Source: a virus
Taxonomy: Duplodnaviria > Caudoviricetes
Direction: 5' to 3' (one strand)
Virus record (IMG/VR): IMGVR_UViG_3300042013_000067
Location: 160,001-224,000 of that record
Length of the DNA: 64,000 nt
Shown here: one piece after another, positions 45,468-55,237 of the stretch
Position numbering within the stretch: the stretch's first letter is position 1
Layout of the letters: each line of letters begins with the position of its first letter
The notes under the pieces: generated by a model
What the model saw: the letters and a program-made list of their open reading frames with translations, nothing else
What the model was told of the DNA's origin: nothing
Database searches by the model: none
Position numbers and translations under genes: made by a program

Positions 45468-46292
45468 ATGCAATCCATGGTCGAGAATCCGGTCTACATC
45501 CGCATGAAAGCGGCAATCGTACAACTCACCGAATACAAGCAGGCCACCGGTTATCTACTGGTGCCTATGATGGAACTCCCAATTCAGCTGGAACACCCAG
45601 ACCCTATCCGTGGTTGGCGTAACCGTGAAGCGGGTATGGTCAGTATCCGTAACTCCCACAGCTGGTTTGGTGAGGTCTCAGTTATCCAGCACGACAACGT
45701 GCCCCGGATAATGATCGAGGATTGGACTAAACTACCACGCCCTGGGGTAGATGCCACCTTTGAAGAGCGCGACTTCCGAGTTAAGTTCCTCAAGCCATAC
45801 CGGACACATGGCACCACTGGTTCTGAAGTGGCCATGCGCATAATGCGGCATATCGGTAAGGGGTTGGAAGCAGATGGTTATCTACTGCACCACCGCTATA
45901 TCGACAACGGTCCTGCACGCTCACCCGATCGCCGGATCACACTGGCATTAATCAACATGGAAACCAACCATTTGGTCTACGTCACGGCGAACATCATCGA
46001 CCCGGACTGGCAGGATCCAAACCTAGCCCCCTTCCGTGTTAAGGGCATGCGTTACAAGTCCATCGAAAATCAACAGTTCCCACCGGTGACTGCAGATCAA
46101 CTGGATCTGTTCTTGAACGAGCAACTGGGTGCTGCAGCGTATCGTTCGGACGATGCCTTCCGTAGTAAGTTGTCGGAGCTCCAAGCCGAAGGTTGGACTA
46201 TCCATGCCTTAGGTCGTGATGACCGACACCACAAAATGGTTTTAGTTGACCCCGATAGGCAAAAAGCGAAGATTCTGTTCCACCGCATATAA
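45468..46292 (+). CDS. Hypothetical protein
   Basis: 274 aa; GAGG RBS. Confidence 0.75.
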   Translation: MQSMVENPVYIRMKAAIVQLTEYKQATGYLLVPMMELPIQLEHPDPIRGWRNREAGMVSIRNSHSWFGEVSVIQHDNVPRIMIEDWTKLPRPGVDATFEERDFRVKFLKPYRTHGTTGSEVAMRIMRHIGKGLEADGYLLHHRYIDNGPARSPDRRITLALINMETNHLVYVTANIIDPDWQDPNLAPFRVKGMRYKSIENQQFPPVTADQLDLFLNEQLGAAAYRSDDAFRSKLSELQAEGWTIHALGRDDRHHKMVLVDPDRQKAKILFHRI

Positions 46293-46339
46293 CGGCATAG
46301 ACAGGGAGCTACGGCTCCCTGCTCTTATTTCTTTTTTGT
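46290..46339 (+). terminator. Boundary hairpin element
   Basis: TAA-CGGCATAG-ACAGGGAGC-TACG-GCTCCCTG-CTCTTATTTC followed by a T-run. Confidence 0.8.
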
Positions 46340-46342
46340 TAG

Positions 46343-46885
46343 TTGAGTTTGTTTATGAATTTCGATGACGCCTGCAAGAAATGTCCACCGGGTTACTCTA
46401 TCAAATCCCGTAACTGTGGCTGGAACGAGCATTACTGTCAATACGGTCGTGACCAGAAAGGTAACCTGTATTGGACAGCGGGTGGTACGGTCGGTGGCCA
46501 CCTTACTCCAAAAGATACCGTATCGGCACGGAATGGCGGTACTGATTACGAGATTTATAACTGGGGTCAGCGCGAACCTGCAACCAACTTACCTACTTTT
46601 GAGGAAGCATCTGAGCAGATTCGACTCAACTCAGTGGAGACCCATCGTAATACGCTGATTAATAAGATCCATGAAACAGTCACTACTAGGATGCAAGACA
46701 GTATTACCGCTGGTGTAGATCCGACAGTAGCCCAAAGTTTAGTCTACGGCACTACACGGGACATCCTTGGTCTGCTCGACACTAAAGTCCGGTTCGAACC
46801 AGTCTATACGGTATCCAGAAACAAGTATGCTGCGCCAAATTTGGCGGGTGGTTTGCTGGACCTGTTTGACAAGATCAATGGTTGA
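46343..46885 (+). CDS. Two-domain protein: Cys/Trp/Gly-rich N-terminus plus FDxIN-family module
   Basis: ...TRDILGLLD...NLAGGLLDLFDKING*; start may be ATG 46355. Confidence 0.7.
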   Translation: MSLFMNFDDACKKCPPGYSIKSRNCGWNEHYCQYGRDQKGNLYWTAGGTVGGHLTPKDTVSARNGGTDYEIYNWGQREPATNLPTFEEASEQIRLNSVETHRNTLINKIHETVTTRMQDSITAGVDPTVAQSLVYGTTRDILGLLDTKVRFEPVYTVSRNKYAAPNLAGGLLDLFDKING

Positions 46886-46904
46886 TTCCAGTGTTCCGAA
46901 AACC

Positions 46905-46912
46905 TATATAAC
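46905..46912 (+). promoter_or_regulatory. Early promoter-like TATATAAC
   Basis: Variant core followed by N4-ATGATGTA (compare N4-CTGATGTA after 58527). Confidence 0.45.
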
Positions 46913-46978
46913 GGGCATGATGTACCCCTGCGGTCAGAGGCCTTTAAGGCATCCATAAACAGAAGAAAAGGAATAGTC

Positions 46979-48187
46979 ATGTCCGAAAACATCATTCGCT
47001 CCGAGATGATCGGCGGTTACCAGATGACTCCGAAAGCGGCACCCACTGGTGGTGGTCGAATCAACCCAATGCGCAGCTATGGCGAATCTGAGACACGTGG
47101 GTCCCTCTTTAGCCCCATGGGTAAACTCAACTCAGAGATGGGTATCAATAGCGAAGACACCCTCAATCCGACCGGTATGCAACCACAAGGCTACCACTCT
47201 GTCTTTAACGCCGATCAGTTCATTGAACGGCATGGCTTGGACGCCTCTAAGTGGGCTGCTCCCAATGGTCATGAAGTGGGTGTAAATTCGTTCGGTGAAA
47301 TAGAAGCTCGTGTCAATGCGAATGGGTATTATGCTTTCGATCCCGAGACGGTGTCGGCTGCACGTGCGGTCATTGAACAGAGAGGTAGTCTGCATGAGGC
47401 TGAATACTTCAACCGAAAGCTGGCGCTATCCGGATATAACGCCGATTTTGACGGTAACGCACTAAGCGGTCCAGTAGAAGAACCAGAGCGTCGTATTCCA
47501 CGTTTCATCTTTGAACCGGATACGATACTCTACCAAGAGATCGATAAGGTTACAGTCAAGCTACGGTTGCCTTATCCACAGTGTGTCTTCATTCAACAAC
47601 CTGCGTTAGTCGGTTATGACGTAGCAGCCATGAATGACATCACGGACGAGATCAAGGCTATTGAACTGTCAGCTACCAAGATCCTGTTCAGCTGTATCTA
47701 CAAGGGTCGTGACTTTCTGGTTCAGGTCAATCAGTTCCGTAATAAGGACGATGACGACAAAGTCTTCTACAAAACGTTCTTGGCTCAGGGACCTGATAAG
47801 CTGTTGGATCGTGATGCATCTGAGTGGCAGTACAAGGACCAGATCTTTGCATTCATTGCTCCGATCTACGCATTCCTCGAAGGCTTAGCGGTTGGCGTGT
47901 ATTCCCTCAAGCGTGAGGGTGCACGGGATATCTCGGATAAGACCCCACCGAAGGCTAAAGAGGGGATTACGTTTAAAGTACTGCGGATGATCCCAGACCA
48001 ACCATCGCAAGAGTATATCCCTAAAGGTGGCACACATGCTTCTCCACGGGAGCATGAGCGTCGGGCTTATACCCGAATCGGATCTAACGGTAAAGTCCAA
48101 CACATTCCAGCCACTACGGTGAACAAAGGTAAAACACCCGGTGGTTTGGTTATCAAAGATTACAACATCAAGGATCCAAAGAAATGA
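46979..48187 (+). CDS. Hypothetical protein with a C-terminal HASPREHERR..R motif
   Basis: 402 aa; AAGGA RBS. Confidence 0.8.
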   Translation: MSENIIRSEMIGGYQMTPKAAPTGGGRINPMRSYGESETRGSLFSPMGKLNSEMGINSEDTLNPTGMQPQGYHSVFNADQFIERHGLDASKWAAPNGHEVGVNSFGEIEARVNANGYYAFDPETVSAARAVIEQRGSLHEAEYFNRKLALSGYNADFDGNALSGPVEEPERRIPRFIFEPDTILYQEIDKVTVKLRLPYPQCVFIQQPALVGYDVAAMNDITDEIKAIELSATKILFSCIYKGRDFLVQVNQFRNKDDDDKVFYKTFLAQGPDKLLDRDASEWQYKDQIFAFIAPIYAFLEGLAVGVYSLKREGARDISDKTPPKAKEGITFKVLRMIPDQPSQEYIPKGGTHASPREHERRAYTRIGSNGKVQHIPATTVNKGKTPGGLVIKDYNIKDPKK

Positions 48188-48972
48188 GTGTTCATGTAGC
48201 CCCCAAACCCGGTACTCGGGCGTTCATCGATTTTGAATTCAACGGTCGCAATGGCGCGATTATCTCCGCTGCTATCGTTACCGATACTGGGCAGGAATGG
48301 TACGAGGTAATGGAATACGACACTGCTACCCTCGTGCCATGGGTTGCTGAGCACGTCATCCCTGTGTTGAACAAGGAACCAATTGCACCACTGGCTTTCT
48401 ATGCCTCGTTTGCCGAGTTCTTGCGGTCGTACGGCTACGTGGAGTTCTACTTCAACGCGCACGCTGATCAACGCTATCTGAGTGAGCTGCTGGCTACGGT
48501 TGAAGATGCCCCACTACACCGTTGCATCCGTGATGGCCACATGTTTGCGGGTCATTCGTTAACCCCGCACAACGCACTGGCCGATGCTCGGGCTATCGTG
48601 GAATACATCTGCGGTAGCGCTGAGCCAAACGTAGCTATCCCAGAAGGCCCTACTTCACGGGATCTGTTCGTGGCGTTGTGGAAACAAGGTCATCGTTTCG
48701 ATGCTCGGGACGTGGTGGTGTCGCTGGAGTCTGTTACTTCTTACGAAGATCAGCCATACAGCCATATGCAACTGGCTAAACTCGAAGCATACAGAGCAGG
48801 TATGAGCATCATGGAGTTCATGCACGGTAAGGGCGCCAAGAGTGGTGACCGTGTATTTTGCGAAGGGCGGATTCGTGTACTACCTCGTCGCACGAAGAGC
48901 AACGCCCAGATCGTACCCCTCCAGGGTCAGTTATTGGTCCCGTTCTACTTCTATCGTCAAAAAGGAATCTAA
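48184..48972 (+). CDS. DEDDh 3'-5' exoribonuclease (Rv2179c-like) with a C-terminal extra domain
   Basis: FIDFEFNG...IISAAIV...WYEV...WVAEHVIP...HNALADA; paralog of 25533..25964. Confidence 0.82.
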   Translation: MSVHVAPKPGTRAFIDFEFNGRNGAIISAAIVTDTGQEWYEVMEYDTATLVPWVAEHVIPVLNKEPIAPLAFYASFAEFLRSYGYVEFYFNAHADQRYLSELLATVEDAPLHRCIRDGHMFAGHSLTPHNALADARAIVEYICGSAEPNVAIPEGPTSRDLFVALWKQGHRFDARDVVVSLESVTSYEDQPYSHMQLAKLEAYRAGMSIMEFMHGKGAKSGDRVFCEGRIRVLPRRTKSNAQIVPLQGQLLVPFYFYRQKGI

Positions 48973-48975
48973 GGA

Positions 48976-49629
48976 ATGATCTTCTCTCGTGCTGTCCCAG
49001 TTGGTCGTGTTGAGTTCCCTGAGTTCACCGGTATGCAGCTCCATATGCGTAGCATCAACACCTCATGGTCACGCGATCGTGGTCACTATGTCGAAGGCGT
49101 ACCTGAACAGTATCACGACATGGTCGCACTGATGCTCACCCAAGCAACGGCGGACTATAGGCTCACCAACAATAAAGTGCCTTATGGTGAACTGTATCTG
49201 ACCATCGATGAGCGCGATATCCCGGCTGGTGAAACGCATCGTCGTGGTGGCGTACACTACGACGGGGCATATTTTGTTATCCAGCATAAGGACTCCCGGT
49301 GGAACACCATTAACCGCAGTGAAGTAACGCAGGGCGCGGGTATGATCATTGCCGCTAGCCATCAGGCCAGTCATGGCTGGCGCGGTGAGTTGCCGGGTGT
49401 GGCCGGTCCAGGTGGCGATTGCGATCATCTGCGTGCTCAACTATCGGACTTGGAACGTTTCTATCTAGAAGCGAATACTGTCTATCACGGTAATGCTACG
49501 TTCCTCCATGAATCACTGCCCGTGGCTGAACCTACCCGTCGTCAACTGGTGCGTATTACATATTCGAATCCTTTCCTAGGGTTAAACCCACGCGTCGCCG
49601 ATTGGTGTGCATCGGCGCCATTGAAGTAA
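48976..49629 (+). CDS. Putative 2OG-Fe(II) dioxygenase
   Basis: YLTIDE...HRRGGVHYDG (HxD)...FLHESLP...RQLVRI (distal His and Arg). Confidence 0.65.
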   Translation: MIFSRAVPVGRVEFPEFTGMQLHMRSINTSWSRDRGHYVEGVPEQYHDMVALMLTQATADYRLTNNKVPYGELYLTIDERDIPAGETHRRGGVHYDGAYFVIQHKDSRWNTINRSEVTQGAGMIIAASHQASHGWRGELPGVAGPGGDCDHLRAQLSDLERFYLEANTVYHGNATFLHESLPVAEPTRRQLVRITYSNPFLGLNPRVADWCASAPLK

Positions 49630-49686
49630 ACGCAACTAGGGCTTCTACGGAAGCCCTTTTCTATTCGGTCTTGAGGAACAAATAAA

Positions 49687-50109
49687 ATGACTCTGGACGA
49701 GCTGATCCAGCGCGGCGTGCATACTCGCAATGACGGTAATTTCCTACGTAGTGGTGGAATGACTGTGGGGGAAGATACCTTCGACATCCTCCGCGCATTC
49801 GTCGAAGCATCAGCTGCGCACCGTGTGGTGTGGTTTGCTGGGGCTCGGGTACGACAACGTTTTCTGAATCGTGAATACCTTGGGAGTCCTCGCGAATTCA
49901 AGCGGGCTGCTGGGGATGGCGATGACACCATCATTGGTCAATTGCGTTATGGCGATGTCTATGGTTTTACGGATGAGATCAAGTGGCATCCTGAGACGCT
50001 GATCGCTGTGGCCCTCGACCGTAACAACAATGTTCGGGCTTATACTGGAGTCCGGATCAACATAGACTTGGAAGAACATCCATGCACCCACATGAAGTCG
50101 GTGAAGTAA
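49687..50109 (+). CDS. Hypothetical protein
   Basis: GAGGA RBS. Confidence 0.7.
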   Translation: MTLDELIQRGVHTRNDGNFLRSGGMTVGEDTFDILRAFVEASAAHRVVWFAGARVRQRFLNREYLGSPREFKRAAGDGDDTIIGQLRYGDVYGFTDEIKWHPETLIAVALDRNNNVRAYTGVRINIDLEEHPCTHMKSVK

Positions 50110-50477
50110 ATCGCGCGGTAATAACCCATTACGTAGACGGTGTGGATATCCCCTCTCGTTTCGACATCCTCGAACGTTTTGCTGTGATCATGTCCACTGA
50201 CGTTCGAGAGATCGATGCCAGTCGTGCGGATGGTTACTTTACTTTGATGGAGAACAACCTGCAGGTCGGTGTGTGGTTTTTCACTATTATTGACGGTCTG
50301 TTGGGTTCGCAGCGATCCCATCTGGCTAACTGGGAAGCGATGTTTCGTGACCTACATGCACAACTGCAACCTTACATGCATACCGATGTCCAGTTAGGTC
50401 GGTGTGTGATTCGTACGGGTTGTGCACCGCATCTGGTCAAGCCTGAAGACAAGATGGGCGCCATTACTTTATTCTGA
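50082..50477 (+). CDS. Hypothetical protein
   Basis: Overlaps the previous gene; 131 aa. Confidence 0.65.
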   Translation: MHPHEVGEVNRAVITHYVDGVDIPSRFDILERFAVIMSTDVREIDASRADGYFTLMENNLQVGVWFFTIIDGLLGSQRSHLANWEAMFRDLHAQLQPYMHTDVQLGRCVIRTGCAPHLVKPEDKMGAITLF

Positions 50478-50485
50478 GGTGTTGC

Positions 50486-50833
50486 ATGAGTTCACGTCTA
50501 CTTGATTATTTCGGCACCATCGGTCACTCGCGTTACACTGGCGATGAGCTTCCTGATGCCGAACGTCGGGATATGATTCGTAAAGCTGAAGCTGCTCCAG
50601 TGAAGCATCACACTGTAGGTGTCTATAAGAACCAGTCGTATAAGCAGAACTGTGTACCGGACTTCGAGCTGGAGCAACACGTCAAGTACAACACCGAGTA
50701 TCGTTGGGGACGTGGTTTGTTCGTAGACGGTAAGTGCGTACATCAAGGCTACCTCTCTGATGCCGAGGTGGCCACTTGGGAGGCCAAGCTTAAAGATTGG
50801 CCAATGCCGAAGATCACATACCCACGCCATTAA
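50486..50833 (+). CDS. Hypothetical protein
   Basis: GAGGT RBS; YRWGRGLFVDGKCVHQG. Confidence 0.7.
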   Translation: MSSRLLDYFGTIGHSRYTGDELPDAERRDMIRKAEAAPVKHHTVGVYKNQSYKQNCVPDFELEQHVKYNTEYRWGRGLFVDGKCVHQGYLSDAEVATWEAKLKDWPMPKITYPRH

Positions 50834-50846
50834 GGGAAACATCGAT

Positions 50847-51359
50847 ATGTGTTTTTCAATGTACTACAACGTGGACCACGTCGAACAACCTGACATCATA
50901 CAGAGCTTCGATGTATTCAGGGTTCCGCAAGTAACAGTGTCCGAGTCCGAAGCACGGAATTCTATCGATGTCGCCATCCGGCTCTTCATGGAAAACGAGA
51001 TCGTTAAGGCCGTCGAGGCAGAAGCGGCTAAGTTCGATAAGAACGAAACCTTGGTCTATGGGAATCCGCTTTCGGAGATCCCAGATCGGTCAGTGGTGTT
51101 TACCACACCACTTGGTAAATTTTATCTCGATGAGGAAGTAGCGCATCCCGAGCTAACATTTGTCACGCACCACACGCGCCTGAACAACAAGATCATCGTC
51201 TTGCAGTTAAAGGACTTTGGTTTCGTCGCTATGTACAGCGTTAATTACACCAACACTGCTGCAGCATACGTACATGCCGATGTTCGAATCAAGTTCGGCA
51301 TTGCCGCTGAAAGCGCCACGGTTTATAACTGTGAAGCCAAGGCGTTGACTGACGCCTAA
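50847..51359 (+). CDS. Hypothetical protein
   Basis: AAGGGA RBS; start reassigned. Confidence 0.7.
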   Translation: MCFSMYYNVDHVEQPDIIQSFDVFRVPQVTVSESEARNSIDVAIRLFMENEIVKAVEAEAAKFDKNETLVYGNPLSEIPDRSVVFTTPLGKFYLDEEVAHPELTFVTHHTRLNNKIIVLQLKDFGFVAMYSVNYTNTAAAYVHADVRIKFGIAAESATVYNCEAKALTDA

Positions 51360-51383
51360 AGCACACCACTGGAGTCTACTAAC

Positions 51384-52073
51384 ATGTCCAGCGAACTAAA
51401 AGCAACTCCAGCGCAACTAGCTGAAGTAAAGCTTCTGATGCCTCAGATCGATAAGCGCATCAATGAATTTCAACTTGATGTCATCGCCAGCAGTCTCGAT
51501 CATGTCCTGTTCAGGAACGTAACCGTTCGTGAATACCTGCCGTTCATGACTAAAGTAGCCCGAGCCACTACAGACGACCTCGTAAACCTAGTGCGTACAA
51601 TCAACTTCGCAAAACTAGGTCCAGCAATCCAACAGCAGATCGATACCGCAATCGATTTAGTGGGTTACGCGGTGCAGCCGGTATTCGCCTCTAAAGAAGG
51701 TGATCCGTCTTATGCTTACACCATCGGTCTGAACCTACGTGTTGGGTTTGAGTTGATTATAGTGGCGGGGTTCGATGTTGAGCTGTTGCAGACTGTTATC
51801 AACAAGTACGCAGCCTTAGCGCTTAACCACGAGCACATCGAGCTTGAGCGTAACGACTTGTTGCATATGCGCCGCAACGAGAAGTACGGGGTTCGCACCA
51901 AGTGTATTCCAGTAGAGCCCATGGTGGTTAAGCAGAGCCACATGCGCGCTATCCGCGGTGAGGTGAAACGGGTCTACCAGATCCTGATCGCCGATAAGAA
52001 CAACATCTTCCCCAACGAATCTGGCTACGATCAAGAATGGCGGCAGCCGTATTTCCCACGTCCACTTTACTGA
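51384..52073 (+). CDS. DUF4262-like protein
   Basis: PSYAYTIGL...ELIIVAG...YQILIADKNNIFPNESGY. Confidence 0.6.
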   Translation: MSSELKATPAQLAEVKLLMPQIDKRINEFQLDVIASSLDHVLFRNVTVREYLPFMTKVARATTDDLVNLVRTINFAKLGPAIQQQIDTAIDLVGYAVQPVFASKEGDPSYAYTIGLNLRVGFELIIVAGFDVELLQTVINKYAALALNHEHIELERNDLLHMRRNEKYGVRTKCIPVEPMVVKQSHMRAIRGEVKRVYQILIADKNNIFPNESGYDQEWRQPYFPRPLY

Positions 52074-52081
52074 GGTGACCA

Positions 52082-52597
52082 ATGTCTTTTATTCAAATGG
52101 TGCGTGACAACATGCATGGCGGTACACTGGATACCATGCATGCCTTGTATTTTCGTGGTCCATTAGAATCGGGTGACTTACCCAGTAAAGGTGGTTTTGC
52201 CGATCTAGTCCTGAAGGGTTGGGCTGAGACCATCTGGGACGAGGCTAAACCACATCGGTTGAATGCACTCGGGCGGGCTACGGCTAAAACGTATTACGAG
52301 TCTATGGCGGCCAGCGCCGCAGCACTGACTAACCGATCGGAATTCACAGTAGCCGAACTTAAGGCCAAGTTGGCCGAGGGTGCAGTACGCTGGATGGCCA
52401 GCGATGGACCTAGCGTTCGCGATACTTTTCCAGATGACGCTGTGTTTACATTAGACGGTGTCCTCGAACTTAATCCAGCGGGTGAACGACGGTCATACCT
52501 GATCACCCACCCCGTGAGTGGTTTGCGCGGGTATCTTATCTTTACCATCGGTGATCGCGGTACTGACTGCGATTCCAAGCTTTTAAATGAGGAGTGA
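52082..52597 (+). CDS. Hypothetical protein
   Basis: GAGGTG RBS. Confidence 0.7.
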   Translation: MSFIQMVRDNMHGGTLDTMHALYFRGPLESGDLPSKGGFADLVLKGWAETIWDEAKPHRLNALGRATAKTYYESMAASAAALTNRSEFTVAELKAKLAEGAVRWMASDGPSVRDTFPDDAVFTLDGVLELNPAGERRSYLITHPVSGLRGYLIFTIGDRGTDCDSKLLNEE

Positions 52598-53025
52598 ACA
52601 TCATGGCTGTTGAAGACGAAGTAAAAGAACCAGTTACTGTCGCTCAAGAGAAAGTACTGATCTGGCATGATGCTAGTCGCATGATCAACGCGTGGCAGAT
52701 CTGCAAGCTTGATGCCAATAACAACCCGATCGATGAAACCAATCGTGAAGTAGTCGAAGCCGATATCGTGAAGTACCTCGGCTTCCGGCCGGACGGTGGT
52801 GAGAAGCAGTACGAGCGTATCCCAGCGCAAGTGCGTGTTTCTATCCCAGGTCGCAGTGCAGGTAATCCGAATCACCCGTTTTTGATCATCGATACCCACG
52901 TGCAAGTCAATATGTCTGCTACCAGCATCAGCGCAATGGCTGAGCTGTCGGGTGACTTCCCTTACGGTATCGTAAAGGTCGAGGGGTTCATCGTCAATGA
53001 GCCGGTAGTAGTGTCTGTCGAATGA
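52594..53025 (+). CDS. Hypothetical protein
   Basis: GAGGAG RBS; GTGA overlap. Confidence 0.7.
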   Translation: MNIMAVEDEVKEPVTVAQEKVLIWHDASRMINAWQICKLDANNNPIDETNREVVEADIVKYLGFRPDGGEKQYERIPAQVRVSIPGRSAGNPNHPFLIIDTHVQVNMSATSISAMAELSGDFPYGIVKVEGFIVNEPVVVSVE

Positions 53026-53228
53026 TCTACGAGGTCGAAGTCAACAAAGAGTATTTGTCACCCTCCGGCCTACGCTTCAAAGTCCTGTATTGTGCCAAGC
53101 ACGCGCAGGACTGTTCTTTCCCTATGGTTGTATTCACCAACCTTGAACCCACGCATGATCGCCCGGCTAATGAAATCTGGGTGTTATGCGAAAGCCTCTT
53201 TCTGAGACAGTTCCGAGACGCGCCGTAA
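53022..53228 (+). CDS. DUF1653-like small protein
   Basis: Y.SPSG.RFKV...AKH...MVVF..L...IWV...LF. Confidence 0.5.
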   Translation: MIYEVEVNKEYLSPSGLRFKVLYCAKHAQDCSFPMVVFTNLEPTHDRPANEIWVLCESLFLRQFRDAP

Positions 53229-53519
53229 ATGAAATCGCTTTTTGTATTTATTACTGTTGCTGTAATGTCAGTTGCTGTGCAGGCTGCTGATGAATTGGTA
53301 GGTGCCATCGAGGCTGACGTAATCACCGCCAAGTGTGTCAAGAAGAAGACCATGGGATTCATGGCTGTGGTCAGCGGTAAAGCCGAGTACGATTGCAAAC
53401 TGTGGGTAGAAAGTGAATACGGTCAACAACACATTTCTATCGTCACGGACCATGAAGTCAAGCGCGGTGAGAAATACATGCTCGTGCAGTCCGATGACGG
53501 TAAACATTCCTTGATGTGA
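53229..53519 (+). CDS. Secreted/periplasmic protein
   Basis: Signal peptide MKSLFVFITVAVMSVAVQA. Confidence 0.7.
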   Translation: MKSLFVFITVAVMSVAVQAADELVGAIEADVITAKCVKKKTMGFMAVVSGKAEYDCKLWVESEYGQQHISIVTDHEVKRGEKYMLVQSDDGKHSLM

Positions 53520-53529
53520 GGCTACATCC

Positions 53530-53997
53530 ATGGCTATACATCTTACTATCGTAGGCTTCGGTAAGGAACCCGACCTTAGCCTTGAAAGTTTACTGCAGTA
53601 TTGCGGTACCGATCCTGAAGTAGCGGGTAAGACCGTAAATGGTAGTACGTATTACTACAAGGTTAAGACCAAACACGCCGGGGTAGAGATCTTTCACGTA
53701 GCCATTCGTGATACGGTGATTGATTCACCTAACCTCTCGTTGATATTCACCGATGCGTTCCCAACAGGTACCGATGAGACCGATCCACTCGTGCGTACCC
53801 GTGCTGAACTGATTGGTAATGTCTTGGGCGAAACCGCGATACGCTGCGGTGGTGCTTTGGTCATGCGTGAAGTCGAGGGTATGTTCGAAGACGGTAAAGG
53901 TAACATGAGTTACTTGTTTAAGAATGTACACTCAGTTATCGAAGCCGACCTCGCTCAAGGTGAACGCGCCGAGATCTATCAACGAAACAAAAACTAA
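53530..53997 (+). CDS. Hypothetical protein
   Basis: GAGG RBS. Confidence 0.7.
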   Translation: MAIHLTIVGFGKEPDLSLESLLQYCGTDPEVAGKTVNGSTYYYKVKTKHAGVEIFHVAIRDTVIDSPNLSLIFTDAFPTGTDETDPLVRTRAELIGNVLGETAIRCGGALVMREVEGMFEDGKGNMSYLFKNVHSVIEADLAQGERAEIYQRNKN

Positions 53998-54038
53998 CTG
54001 GTGAGGGCTTCGGCCCTCCCTATGCCCTTGGAGGCAGT

Positions 54039-54266
54039 ATGAAGTTTATTCTACTGGTGTCAACCATACTCACAGGCAGTAACGGTAACACGGCAGCTGA
54101 AACCAGCGCTGTGTTCGACAGTAAAGACACCTGTGTTCAGGCCGTTGAAATTCGCACTGGTCAAAGCATGACTCCGGTTAAGGGTGGTATGAAACTGACC
54201 GTGAACCTAGATCCTGGGCGTACTGTGTTTGTTTGTAGCCCCTACGGGAGCGCTTCTAATGAGTGA
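54039..54266 (+). CDS. Small secreted-like protein
   Basis: GGAGG RBS; hydrophobic N-terminus; two Cys. Confidence 0.65.
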   Translation: MKFILLVSTILTGSNGNTAAETSAVFDSKDTCVQAVEIRTGQSMTPVKGGMKLTVNLDPGRTVFVCSPYGSASNE

Positions 54267-54534
54267 CTGCCCGGAGTCGTTTGGTCCACTGTCACCCACT
54301 GAAGGCGAAGAGCTAAACGCCAATGTCTTCAAGGATGATTCCATCTACGAGCTGGAGAAGTCGCAACAGTGGTATCAGCGCGTAACCAAAGCGTTGGTGG
54401 AAGGCGATCCTACTAAACCCCGCCTCACAGCCGAGTTGAAACAGATAACTCGCTGTCTCGATCTTAAGCGCCGTAAAGACGAGTGGGGTATTGCCAGTGT
54501 GGTTACCCTTACTGAAACGTTCCCCAAGGAGTAA
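54259..54534 (+). CDS. Hypothetical protein
   Basis: GGGAG RBS; overlaps the previous stop. Confidence 0.65.
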   Translation: MSDCPESFGPLSPTEGEELNANVFKDDSIYELEKSQQWYQRVTKALVEGDPTKPRLTAELKQITRCLDLKRRKDEWGIASVVTLTETFPKE

Positions 54535-54537
54535 GAC

Positions 54538-55227
54538 ATGCTTGAACAACTGCGTATTGAGATTGACACGTACAACGAATCCCAGAACATCAACACTCTG
54601 GCGTCATACCACAACAACGAACACATGTCTGTGGCCTACGACATTGCTAAACAGCTTTGGGCGATCGAGAAACGCGATCCTAACTTTGTTATGTCGGCTC
54701 CTGAGGCTGTAATGGACGTCATCCTGATGCTCGGGGTGCTGTTCCATGACGTTAACCACAGCGGTGGTCGCCTAACCGATCGGGAGAACATCCTGTGGGC
54801 TATCCGCGAACTCAAGCAGTTCGTGCTGATCCACTCGAAAGTAATGAACGGGGTATTTAAGAAGCAGTACCCTGACTGGGTGGCTCCAGCCTTGTGGGCA
54901 GCGGTAGGTATTATCGACTGCACTGAGTTCCCGTTTGTGAAACTCCCACACACCAAACTCGAATGCATCATGCGTGATGCTGACGTGTTGTACACCGCGT
55001 ACGTAGGTAACCCTAAGTTGGTGATGGAAGACCTGCGTACAGAGATCGGTACGGCTCGTAACAAGGAAGTCACGTATCATGAGATGATCGCTGGACAAAC
55101 AGCCTTTGTGTCCAACATCGTCATGTACACCAAAGCCGGCCAAGCCATGTGGGATAAACTTGCCGATCCCTATATGGCTAAGCTTACTGAATACGCCTCA
55201 GCACACGCTGAACCTATCCTCGCCTAA
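54538..55227 (+). CDS. HD-domain phosphohydrolase (YHNxxH...HD subtype)
   Basis: YHNNEH...VLFHDVNHSGG...DRENI...CTEFP...IMRDADV. Confidence 0.85.
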   Translation: MLEQLRIEIDTYNESQNINTLASYHNNEHMSVAYDIAKQLWAIEKRDPNFVMSAPEAVMDVILMLGVLFHDVNHSGGRLTDRENILWAIRELKQFVLIHSKVMNGVFKKQYPDWVAPALWAAVGIIDCTEFPFVKLPHTKLECIMRDADVLYTAYVGNPKLVMEDLRTEIGTARNKEVTYHEMIAGQTAFVSNIVMYTKAGQAMWDKLADPYMAKLTEYASAHAEPILA

Positions 55228-55237
55228 CGGAGTTACC

